This document shows, one piece after another, positions 54,481 through 64,000 of a DNA stretch of 64,000 bases; position 1 is the first letter of the stretch, and every line of letters begins with the position of its first letter. The notes beneath the pieces are model-generated. The model had not been told where the DNA came from. It ran no database searches and saw only the letters and a list, made by a program, of their open reading frames with translations. The position numbers and the translations under genes were made by a program. The DNA is taken from assembly GCA_965219415.1 (NCBI GenBank), contig CBDCNP010000002.1:2592001-2656000 (forward strand), in the 5' to 3' direction. Source of the DNA: Candidatus Marinacidobacterales bacterium (GTDB lineage Bacteria; Acidobacteriota; Vicinamibacteria; Marinacidobacterales; DATDRI01).

Positions 54481-56478
54481 ATGCGCGTGCATAGGGCCAT
54501 GTTGGCGCTCACACTCTTGTGCTGCGCCTCCGCATCCATCCTCGCACAGGACAAAAGGGCCATGACAGTCGACGATCTCCTCGAGCTCGTGAGGATCGGC
54601 GACGTTGCCATGACGCCCGACGGTTCCCGAGTCTTCTATTCCGAGCGGCATCTGGACTGGGAGACGAACAAGTACGAAAAGACTTTCTTCATGATTTCCT
54701 CCGAGGGCGGATCACCGGTTCCCTTCGTTCGCAAAGACGGCGGTGAGAATTTTCTCATCTCACCCGATGGGAAATACTTATCCATGTTGCGAAAGGTCGA
54801 GGAAAAACCACAGATATTCATCATGCCCCTGAATGGTGGCGAGGCTCGGCCCTTGACGGAGCACCGTGGAGAAATCACCGATTACAAATGGACCGGTGAT
54901 GCGCAGAGCATCGTGTTTATTGCTAAAGAGGCGATGGCCGAGGAAGAGGAGAACGAGTTCGCGCTCGGAGCCGATCCGATATTCGTCAATGAAGGAGCTG
55001 ATGGCAAGAACCATGGCCGATGGACGCATCTCTGGCACCTCGATATCACGTCCGAGAAGGTAGCTCGTATTACCGGAGAGGACTTTCTCATCGGCGGATT
55101 CGATGTGTCGAGCGACGGCTCTCGCGTCGTGTTTACGGCTCGACGCGACAACCGCGGGAATTTCCCTTTCTTGTCGGAGCTCTATCTCGTCCGGACGGAC
55201 GGGAACGACATGAAACCCCTGACCCGCAACCGGGCTCTCGAGAGGGATCCTGTCTGGGCGCCGGATGGGAGGCGTTTCGTATTCCACGCTACCGATGACC
55301 AAGAGTTGGGTCTGCGCAACGGCTACTTGTGGATCCTGAACCCCGACACCGGCGAGCTCAAGAAACTGCAGGGACAAAACACCGGTAAGATCGACCACCT
55401 CGTCTGGACACCCGATGGAGAGAGTCTCCTCTTCAACGAAGTGCACGGCACGAACACCAACCTCTACCAGCTCGAGATTGCGTCCGGCAAGGTCGAGGCT
55501 CTGACGACACGGACCGGTACGCACCGGGCGCTCGCCTATTCACAGGACAGATCTCGGTTCGCCTATACATTCGACGACTTCGATACCCCTGCCGATCTCT
55601 ATAGCTCTGATTCGAACGGGACGAGCGTTCGGCTCACACATTCCAATCCCTGGACGGAAGAAGAGATCCTGGCGCCGAAGAGTCGGGTCATTCGCTGGGA
55701 AAGTACGGACGGCACTCAGATAGAAGGTGTGTTCTTGCTTCCGGGGAACTATCGTGCGGGATCTCGGCTACCTCTCGTCCTCGAAATCCATGGCGGCCCC
55801 GCCAGCAATTGGGACAACGCCTTCGAGCCCCGGTTCATCATCTACACCGGATTGGGGTATGCGGTGCTCGGCCCGAATGTTCGGGGTTCGAGTGGCTACG
55901 GTGACGACATTCTACGGGGGTTGATGGGAGACGTTGGCGGCGGTGAATACGACGATGCGATGAAGGGGGTGGACCACGTGATCGAAGCCGGCTATATAGA
56001 CCCGGAAAAGATGGGTGTAGCCGGCTGGAGTTGGGGCGGTGTTGCCGCAGGATGGGTCATCACGCAGACAAACCGTTTCAAAGCCGCCTCCGTGGGTGCC
56101 GGCGTCAGCAACTGGATCGGCGAAAGCGGTCCGGGTTTCAACTGGGACGTGGCCAACTGGTACATCGGCGGCAAGCACTGGACCAACCGGGACGAGTGGC
56201 GTCGGCGTTCCGCCATCAACTACGTCGAGAACGTCCAGACACCGACCCTGTTCCTGCACGGAGCGAGAGACCAGACGAGCAGCACGAACCAGAGCATGGT
56301 GTACTTCGACGCCCTTCAGGATCTGGGCGTGCCGACCCGCTTCATCAAGTTCCCGAGACAGGGACACGGTGTCCGCGAACCGAGGCTGTTGCGAATCCGT
56401 GTCGTCGAGGAGATACGCTGGATGCAGAAATACGTCCTGGGTGAAGAATGGACTCCGTGGGAGCGAGTCAATCGATAA
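54481..56478 (+). CDS. S9-family peptidase
   Basis: Propeller repeats, IHGGP, GWSWGG, LHGARD, QGH. Confidence 0.92.
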   Translation: MRVHRAMLALTLLCCASASILAQDKRAMTVDDLLELVRIGDVAMTPDGSRVFYSERHLDWETNKYEKTFFMISSEGGSPVPFVRKDGGENFLISPDGKYLSMLRKVEEKPQIFIMPLNGGEARPLTEHRGEITDYKWTGDAQSIVFIAKEAMAEEEENEFALGADPIFVNEGADGKNHGRWTHLWHLDITSEKVARITGEDFLIGGFDVSSDGSRVVFTARRDNRGNFPFLSELYLVRTDGNDMKPLTRNRALERDPVWAPDGRRFVFHATDDQELGLRNGYLWILNPDTGELKKLQGQNTGKIDHLVWTPDGESLLFNEVHGTNTNLYQLEIASGKVEALTTRTGTHRALAYSQDRSRFAYTFDDFDTPADLYSSDSNGTSVRLTHSNPWTEEEILAPKSRVIRWESTDGTQIEGVFLLPGNYRAGSRLPLVLEIHGGPASNWDNAFEPRFIIYTGLGYAVLGPNVRGSSGYGDDILRGLMGDVGGGEYDDAMKGVDHVIEAGYIDPEKMGVAGWSWGGVAAGWVITQTNRFKAASVGAGVSNWIGESGPGFNWDVANWYIGGKHWTNRDEWRRRSAINYVENVQTPTLFLHGARDQTSSTNQSMVYFDALQDLGVPTRFIKFPRQGHGVREPRLLRIRVVEEIRWMQKYVLGEEWTPWERVNR

Positions 56479-56850
56479 ACTTCAACCGGCGGTGTAAGAC
56501 GGGAGCTGGACGACCATGAGGATACCCATCGGAACTTGTAATGACCGATTATGCTCATCGTTCACGAGGTCTTGGGTCGCGTCCCGCAAAAACTCGAAAT
56601 CCGCCAGCTCGCGTAATTAAACGGGTCAACGAGCGGTGCGGGAGTAGAAGTCCGCCTCGATCTCGTGAATGCGGTTGTCGTGCTCGGGCCAGCCCGTGAG
56701 TAGCGCGGGAACGCCGGAGGCGAAGCTCAACCAGTTGATCCGAAAAGCGCCCACCTGCCACTCGCTGATCGCGGAACCTCGTTCCACTTGGAAGCTGTGG
56801 ATGATTTCGTGACCGAGGACATGCCGATCGTCCCGGTGATCGACGCCGAC

Positions 56851-58052
56851 CCGTGAGGTCAAAATACTCATGCGGCTTCCCGATGGTAGAAACGTAGCAA
56901 CCCGCCAAGCCGTTCACGGGAGCGCACCTTGCGCTCGGACTGAGGTAACTGGTCGCTGGCTGGGAACAGCAGCAGATTCTCCTTGCCTTGATGATTCCTC
57001 TCGTGGTGATAGTAGACGACGTACTCCCTAAGCGCATGACGGAGCGATTTCTCGCCGAACAGGATGAGCTTCGAGAGACATTCCTCTTTGACTGACTTCA
57101 CCCAGCGCTCCGCGAACGAGTTCAAATCCGGGCTCCGTGCGGGCAGCTTGACGGGCGCGACGCCAACCGCCTCGATGGTCCGGTGGAACGACTCGCAGAA
57201 CTTCGAGTCCCGGTCGTGAATGAGGTATCGGCTCGATGACAGAAAGCCGACATCTGCCATGGTCACGTTGCGAGCCACTTGAGTCATCCACTGTTCGTTC
57301 GGATGCGGCGTGATGCCGGCGACGTGGACTCGACGGGTAGCCAGGTGCATGAAGAACAGAACGTAGTACGTCACCAACCCGCCCTGAGTCCACACTTCCG
57401 TGGTGAAGAAATCTGTCGCCGCGAGCACGTCCATGTGCGAGCGGATGAATTCCCTCCACGTCGTGTTCTTCCGACGCTCTGGTGCGAGCGGAATGCCGTG
57501 GCGTTTCAGAATGTTACCGACGGTTTGGTCGGCCACTTCATGCCCAACGTTGGCTAGCGCCCCTGCAATCCGGTCGTAACCCCAGGACTTGTTCTCCTTG
57601 GCGAGACGCACTACCAGCTCTTCGATGTCGGCGTCGATCCGCGGTCGCCCTGGATACGGACGGTTCTCGGAGCTGTCGAACTTCTTCGCGACAAGCCTCC
57701 GGTGCCAACCTAAGATCGTGTCGGGGTTCACGATACTCGCGATCTCATCAAGGGCTTGCTTACCCAGACGCTTTCCGAGCTCGGCCAGAGACCGCCGTTC
57801 GCCATCGGTCAGGCGCAAGCGACCCTGGAGATGATTTCGAAGAACTTGATTCTCAGCCACAAGATACTCGTTGCGCAGGAGCAATTCCTCATCCACGGAT
57901 CCTGAGATGTAGCTCAGCATGGTCTTCCAGTCCATCGCAACTCCTTCCGCTGAACTGGAATACGTATCCGACAGCGATGGCGGATTCAAGCGGCCTTTGG
58001 AAAGGTGCAAACTGCTGACCCGCTGGGCGTTCGAGTATTTTGACCAGAAGCG
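56851..58052 (-). mobile_element. Type-E IS-like element with intact rve integrase (56868-57935)
   Basis: GGTCAAAATACTC inverted ends; ATDFF, IHDRD, NSFAERWV, RERLGGLL. Confidence 0.88.
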
Positions 58053-58722
58053 ATCCCGAGGAGTTCGATGTGCTTGAGCCGCGGCTCTACCTCGCCAACG
58101 AACCTCGCCCAATGCTGCACATCACGGATCACCACGTGAATGGGGCTGGCTACTGCGACTGGCTGTCACAGCGAGAGGCCGGGGCGCCGCGCCTAGCTGG
58201 CCTCATTTCGTCTATTCTGTCGCAGACCGAAGCTTACCCGCTGTCAGCGTTTCTCCACAGCGAACATACTGGATGCGATACTTCCTGCTATCGCTGTTTG
58301 AGGCGGTACGGCAATCAGTCCTACCACGGCCTGCTGGACTGGCAGTTGGGTCTGTCGTTTCTTCGGTGCATGGTCGATCCAGCTCATAGAGCCGGTCTCT
58401 TGCCAAGAGAGTGTGAATCGTGCCTTGAGCTCAGGCGGTGGCCGATGCTCGCGAAACGAGTCGCCCGCGAGATGAAGGAAAGGTTCTCAGGCGAGACGCG
58501 TGAGTTTGGGGAGGTCCCTGCGTTTCGCCTGCCCTACAAGAGGAACGAGCTGTCTCCGTGGGTGCTTGTGCGCCATCCGCTATGGGACTGGGACGACTCT
58601 GCTGAACCACAGCCCGGCACCATCCTCGCCGCTGCCTGGGACGCCGCCCAGGCCGATGGCCCGCCGCTCTGCTGGGACACGTTTAATCTGGATCGTCGGC
58701 AGGTCATGGTTCGCGAGAGAGT
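58053..58722 (+). pseudogene. C-terminal fragment of a DUF1998 (MrfA-type Zn domain) helicase
   Basis: NGAGYC, CDTSCYRCL...NQSYHGLLDW. Confidence 0.7.
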
Positions 58723-58729
58723 CGTCCAA

Positions 58730-58938
58730 ACGTCGTGGTTCTCGGCGCATGTCATCTCATCCGGCTCGTGCGAGCTTACATCAGCTACTATCATGAGGAC
58801 CGTTGCCACTTGGGGCTGAACAAGGACACACCGAGCTTGAGAACGGTCACGCACCGACCGTCTCCTACGGCGAAAGTAGTCGCACTGCCGCGAGTCGGTG
58901 GACTGCACCATCGATACGAGTGGCGAGAGGCAGCCTGA
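58730..58938 (+). pseudogene. rve integrase C-terminal fragment
   Basis: YYHEDRCHLGLNKDTP...PRVGGLHHRY. Confidence 0.8.
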
Positions 58939-59275
58939 GTCAGCTTGGTCGCTCGCGTTACTCGGCTGGTCGCCGAGAAGTTCGTCCTCAGCACCTTCCC
59001 TCGCGCGCTGACCACGCTCTCCAGCATGTTGTGCCTTCTATTTATTCATCCGCCAGCCCATGGGTCGGAAGTCAGCTCTGCGGCGCGAAATACCCTGGAT
59101 TCTGCGCGGATTCCAACGGCGTCTAAGCTGCTGATTTGTGGTCTATTTCAAAAGGGCCGAGTTTTGGCACAGGACGGGATAGTGTTGTGGTCGCGGCTGG
59201 CTCGGCCCAGCCTGCAGATAACGCGCAACTACGGAGCGGCCATGAACATCGTATACATCTTCTTACTCCCCTTCG

Positions 59276-60088
59276 CTACCTCGTCAGAATGAACCGCCGA
59301 TAGAGCGGCTGGACCGGACGCGCGTTGATCGGATATAGGGCCGCGAAGGCATCGACCTGTGCCTGCGAAACTGCAATTGCCTCGGTAAGCACCACCCAGT
59401 TGACCACCTCAGAGCAGGGTGGCGTCGTCAGGGAGCCGGCGTACCGGAAGTAGCTCCGGCCTCCGGGCAGGAAGGCGTTCGAATCGAGGTCGACCAGCGG
59501 TGTGGGCGCCTGATCGACGCCTGGTATGGCATCCCAGATGCTCTGGACGGCCGAGTGCACGCCGCCGACGTCCATGAAGACCCCGATCACCGCAAGATCA
59601 CCCTCCTCGGCCTGATGCACAAAGTGGACCTCCAACGGGTACTCTTCCCCATCGACTGTGTGTTCGCTCGGCAGATGGAAGTGGAACTGCAAGAGCGAGA
59701 ATTGCCGGCCCTGCAGAGTGATGGAACTCCCGGCGTCTATGTTGACCTGGATGGTATGTCCGTTATCCACGACCTCGCCCGCCGCGGGTTGCCACTGGAT
59801 TTCGAGTCCCCCTCCGCCTGCCGGGATCGCATCCGTCAAATCGATCGGAGATTGCTGGACCCCGCTGTCACAGACCGCGAAGGACGAATCCAGCCCACCC
59901 CATTGGTACGGTCCGGTGTCGCCTTCGTAGCTCCAGTGAACCTCGCCGGTCGCTGCGCCCTGCGCGCGCTCCGCGTCCATCTGGTCCTCTGCATCCCCCT
60001 GGCTCGGTGCATCCGCCCGGCAGGCGTATTGTGTGCCAGCGAGGAAGACAACCACGAGTACCTGCAGGAATGAATGACGATACTTCAA
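59276..60088 (-). CDS. Alpha-class carbonic anhydrase, secreted
   Basis: HWSY, QSPID, QFHFH, SEH, EVHFVH, GSLTTPPCSE; TTG start with AGGAGG. Confidence 0.92.
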   Translation of the reverse strand: MKYRHSFLQVLVVVFLAGTQYACRADAPSQGDAEDQMDAERAQGAATGEVHWSYEGDTGPYQWGGLDSSFAVCDSGVQQSPIDLTDAIPAGGGGLEIQWQPAAGEVVDNGHTIQVNIDAGSSITLQGRQFSLLQFHFHLPSEHTVDGEEYPLEVHFVHQAEEGDLAVIGVFMDVGGVHSAVQSIWDAIPGVDQAPTPLVDLDSNAFLPGGRSYFRYAGSLTTPPCSEVVNWVVLTEAIAVSQAQVDAFAALYPINARPVQPLYRRFILTR

Positions 60089-60303
60089 GTTTCTCCTCCT
60101 CTCGGGTTTCGACGGTCCGCTGCGAACCGGCCTGACCAAAGAAACGCTCGGCGACCGCATCTTGACCAAGATCTGCGGTGCCGCCCAGCGGTGTGGTCCA
60201 TGACCAGCCTGTGCCTTCTATTTATTCATCCGCGCGCACCGAACTTGCTAAGCTGCTGATTTATGGTCTATTTCGAAAGATCCGAGTTTTGGCACAGGAC
60301 GGG

Positions 60304-60716
60304 GTAAGTACGTGGCCGGGGTACCAGATGGCGTGCACCTGTGCCGACCGTTCACCCAATTGTTTGGCGAGCTGGGCCTCCTTCTCGGACTCCGCGAGCG
60401 CGGCGTCGATGTCGCCTCGGTAAATATGAGTCCACCCCCCCCATTTGGCTGATTCCAATTGCCACCGAAGATCCTTCGATGCGGCGAGCTTCTCATAGGC
60501 TTTGATGGCCTCCGAGTAGCGGCCGGCGAGCGCGAGACTGTGTCCCAGCTCGCGCTGGGCCTCGAGCGAGTCGGGCTGGCTGGCAAGGATTTCCTGGAAG
60601 GTGACGATGGCCTCCTCCAACTTTCCTTCTTGCCGGAGCTTTTTCCCGGGATCCAGATCCGGTGCTGAACTAGAAAGCAACGACGCGAGAATGAGCTGAG
60701 TCGCGATGAGCATCAT
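60304..60716 (-). pseudogene. TPR protein, 3'-truncated
   Basis: Signal peptide and TPR; cut at a type-A end. Confidence 0.65.
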
Positions 60717-60807
60717 GGGCCTCAGATAATCACAACGGGTGGCGAAGAGTCAATGGGGTGTTGGTCGTCGTGTTAGACTCTGCTCCCGCAGGCGCGGCCC
60801 GCTTCCG

Positions 60808-62030
60808 ATGAGCCAATACCTCCCCCGACTCCGAACGACACTGGACGTCATGCCGTCACCCTTTCCCGATCAGCCGGGCATCGTCCTGCGTGACCCCTTT
60901 AGTTACAGTGAGGATCTGCTCTTGATACCGGAGTCTATGCTCACGATCCTGGCCTGCCTCGATGGGGCACATACCGAGCTCGAACTTCAAACGCTACTCA
61001 CCCGGCAACATGGAGGGCGGCTCGTCGCCGGAGAAGATGTGCGAGGATTCGTCTCGCTCCTGGACGAAAGAGGGTTCCTCGAGACTGACGCTTTTTTCAA
61101 ACTTCGCGACGGAAGGCATTCGGCGTTCGAAACGGCACACCAGCGCGTTCCCGCTCATGCCGGGATAGCCTACCCGGAGCAAGAGGAAGAGCTACGACAA
61201 ACTTTCGATGAAGAGTTTCGGGACGGTGTGAAGGAGGAGGTTTCGTCGCTCATGGGCTTGGCGGCTCCTCACGTCAGTCCGGAGGGGGGTTGGGCATCGT
61301 ACACGGCCGCCTATCGGCAGCTCGATGCTTCGCTCAGCGATCGGACCTTCGTCATCCTCGGCACGTCGCACTACGGTGAGCCCGAGAAATTCGGGCTGAC
61401 TAAGAAAGCCTTCTCGACACCCCTTGGCATTGCCGAGACCGCGTGGAGATGGTGTCGGCCTTGACCGAAGGCGCTCCCGGATCGGTGGTGGTGGAGGATT
61501 ACTGTCACGCCGTCGAGCATTCGATCGAATTCCAGGTGGTCTTCTTGCAGTACCGTATGAGATCTCCAGTGCGTATTCTTCCGATACTCTGCGGGCCCTT
61601 TGTGGAGAGTCTCACCACCGGAAAACCGCCCGAGTCTAACGCGGCGGTCGGTCGGTTCTTCGACGCGCTGGCCGAGCTCGCCGACCGCTATCGAGACAAG
61701 CTCTTCTGGCTGCTGGGAGTGGATCTTGCCCACATCGGGGCTCGATACGGAGACGCCGTCGCAGTACGGGCCGGCGAGGGCCGTATGGCCGAGCAGGATG
61801 GCAAGAGACTCGCGCGGATATGCGCCGGAGAAGCCGACGAGTTCTTCGAGCTGGTCAAACCGGGAGCCGACGAGCTCAAGTGGTGCGGGTTTTCACCGAT
61901 CTATACATTCCTAGCCTCGCTTCGCCGCCTCACCGAAATCCGAGGCCGGGTACTCCACTACGAACAGTGGAATAACGATCCTGAGTCGGTGGTGAGCTTT
62001 GCGGGACTCGAGTTCGTAGAGAAGTCGTGA
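60808..62030 (+). CDS. amrB: AmmeMemoRadiSam system protein B (MEMO1 family), frameshift near 61440
   Basis: AHAGIAY, APH, LGTSH, EHSIEFQ, DLAH, CG. Confidence 0.82.
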
Positions 62031-62037
62031 ATCGGAA

Positions 62038-63363
62038 CTAATTGCCGCCCGCGATCTCGGCCAGTGCTTCGTAGAAGATCCGGATCCCTTTCCCCATATT
62101 CGTAACCGGCACGCGCTCCGCGTCCCCGTGCATCGAGCCCACCACCTCTGCCGACAGTGCCAATGGAGTCAGCCCGTAGCTCTTGGCGCCCTTGTGGCGA
62201 AAGGCATTCGAGTCCGTGCCGTACGGAATGAGTATGGGAACCACCGTAGCGTCGGGATTGTGCCGGACGATCGCCTTCTCGAGCGCTCGGTAGAGGCCTC
62301 CTTCGAAAGGCGTCACGACGCTGTCATCCGATTCGTAAACCACTTCCAGCTGGATCTCGGGATCATCCAGCCGGCGTCGGATCTCCGCCAACCACTCGTC
62401 GGTCGAGGTTCCGGGAAGGAGTCGGCAGTCGAGCGTGGCTTCCGCCACCGAAGGAATGACGTTGACCTTCACCGGTTCACCTACTCCCGAACGCAAGGAA
62501 GTGAGGGAGATGGTCGAGTGCTGAATGGCACGAGTGAACTTGTTTTCTTCGAGGGGTCCCAACTCCGTTCGGAGCTGCTCCAGCACCGGGACCGACAAGG
62601 TGGGCAGTGGATGCGATAGTAGCCGAGTCAGAGCCCGCACTAGATGATCATTGGGGTTTTGCTGATGGGGCTGCGAGCCGTGACCGGCGACGCCTTCCGC
62701 CCGCACCTTGAGCCATACGATTTTCTTTTCCGCGACCGAGATGCCGAATACCAGCTTGCCGTCGACGAACAGGTCACGACTCCCAAACCCGCCTTCGTCC
62801 AAGACGTACTCGGGATCGAGCTCTGGGTAGCGATGCTCGATCATCCATCTTGCGCCCAACTCGCCTCCGATCTCTTCGTCGGCCACCGCCATGAAAATGA
62901 CGTCACGGGACAGTGGAGTTCCGGCGCGTTTGAGGGAGAGAAAGGCGTAAAGGTGGATCATGCCAAGAGCCTTCATGTCCACGGCGCCTCGGCCCCAGAC
63001 GTATCCGTCTTTCGAGACGCCGGCGAACGGATCCAACTTCCAGCGAGTGCGATCGGCAGGCACCACGTCCATGTGGTGGAGCAAGAGAATCGATTTGTCT
63101 TGCCCCGAGCCCGCAAGTCGCGCGTAGAGATTCACCTTGCCCGGCGCCGACTCGTACTGCGTGACCTCGATGCCTTCCGCCCTTAGGACACCAGAAAGAA
63201 GCTCGGCGGCGGCCGCGACATCTCCGGGAGGGTTGGAGGTATCGATGCGAATGTAATCCTCGAGGGTTCGGAGCGCTTCGTCGGCAGTTTGCTCCCAGTC
63301 GACATCTTGAGCCCCGGCCCCGAGAGGGGTCAAGAGAAGCACGAGCGGTAAGAGGGTTCTCAT
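62038..63363 (-). CDS. M20-family metallopeptidase
   Basis: HHMDVV, GRGAVDMK, DEE, HGDAER. Confidence 0.9.
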   Translation of the reverse strand: MRTLLPLVLLLTPLGAGAQDVDWEQTADEALRTLEDYIRIDTSNPPGDVAAAAELLSGVLRAEGIEVTQYESAPGKVNLYARLAGSGQDKSILLLHHMDVVPADRTRWKLDPFAGVSKDGYVWGRGAVDMKALGMIHLYAFLSLKRAGTPLSRDVIFMAVADEEIGGELGARWMIEHRYPELDPEYVLDEGGFGSRDLFVDGKLVFGISVAEKKIVWLKVRAEGVAGHGSQPHQQNPNDHLVRALTRLLSHPLPTLSVPVLEQLRTELGPLEENKFTRAIQHSTISLTSLRSGVGEPVKVNVIPSVAEATLDCRLLPGTSTDEWLAEIRRRLDDPEIQLEVVYESDDSVVTPFEGGLYRALEKAIVRHNPDATVVPILIPYGTDSNAFRHKGAKSYGLTPLALSAEVVGSMHGDAERVPVTNMGKGIRIFYEALAEIAGGN

Positions 63364-63608
63364 GATCATCACCTTAAGGCTTGGCCCGCCTTCGTCAGTG
63401 TCTACCACCTGACTTCGGCGGGCAACCTTCGCCCCAGTTTGGAATGCTGGCCTGCCAACCGAAGCCCAGCGGCTTTGATCAGTGGGCGAAGGTTGGCGGA
63501 TGGTGCAGGCTGGAGCCATCCGGTCTCTGTGAAAGGTGTTTTGCGAGTTTTGCAAGTCTGACGGGGCCCTTTCGCCGCTCGCGTGGTGGGGCAATGTAGC
63601 GAAAACTC

Positions 63609-63817
63609 GTAGTCGATCACATCCTGCTGCTGGCGGTTGACCCAGCCAGCCAGAACGAGCAGTAGGAATTGCACGTGGTACGTCATCATGGATCTGAAGA
63701 TAACACCCTCGGGCCAGACGATTGTAAAGCCTACGGCCCTTGGCCCGGTCGCAAACACAGACACTAAGCTGCTGATTTATGGTCTATTTCAAAAGGGCCG
63801 AGTTTTGGCACAGGACG
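63609..63817 (-). mobile_element. Type-A left end stub
   Basis: TIR plus MMTYHVQF...VIDY. Confidence 0.88.
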
Positions 63818-64000
63818 ACGTCGCCGGCCTGGCGAACCCGGAGCAGCTGCGGCTGTGGCTCAACGAGGGAAGTGGATCTGGCCAGCACGACCGACCTGTT
63901 CGTGGCGGATGCCACGCTGAGCGGCAACCTGGTCGAGAACGTGGCCGACTTCGCCGTGGGGTACCAGTACCGCGCGATGCGCGCCGACGGCAATCCAAAC

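Noticed and set aside
5741-63817. CRISPR array interpretation of the recurring 25-35 bp motifs
   Set aside because: Spacing is irregular and kb-scale, both orientations occur, no cas genes are seen, and the motifs are TIRs of an integrase element.
15014-63998. Many short ORFs containing KGRVLAQDG, SCAKTRPF, VLCQNSALLK or HQHLMAEAP
   Set aside because: These are translations of non-coding termini and MITEs, not a protein family.
1-64000. tRNA, rRNA or prophage genes
   Set aside because: None recognisable by eye.

Overview
GC-rich bacterial window built as a mosaic. Roughly 30 unrelated cargo segments (tens of bp to ~8 kb, many ending mid-gene) are separated by stacked or nested termini of several mobile-element families. 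I counted 27 type-A ends (CGTCCTGTGCC...), 13 type-C ends (TGTGCCTTCTATTTATTCATCC), 8 full ~166-bp type-B MITEs, 2 related ~250-bp MITEs and several rarer end types. One complete type-A element is present (1432 bp, ~104-bp TIRs, rve/DDE integrase). IS3, IS256, IS110, IS5 and IS1-like remnants also occur. Intact or near-intact cargo includes an arylsulfatase, a translationally coupled SNF2 helicase/Mre11-like nuclease/Rad50-like ATPase operon, RhlE, an EamA transporter, a Phd-VapC pair plus type I RM system, an NSS transporter, a TonB receptor, a LapA-LapB fusion, S9 and M20 peptidases, an alpha-carbonic anhydrase and AmmeMemo protein B. The most notable observations are the terminus-bounded mosaic with no target duplications, a CG/CCCG junction core, hybrid MITEs pairing ends of different families, a metallo-beta-lactamase-fold gene scrambled at 30-50 bp scale, and the helicase-nuclease-ATPase operon. 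All calls are by eye without database searches. Mis-assembly, amplification chimeras and long-read indels cannot be excluded.
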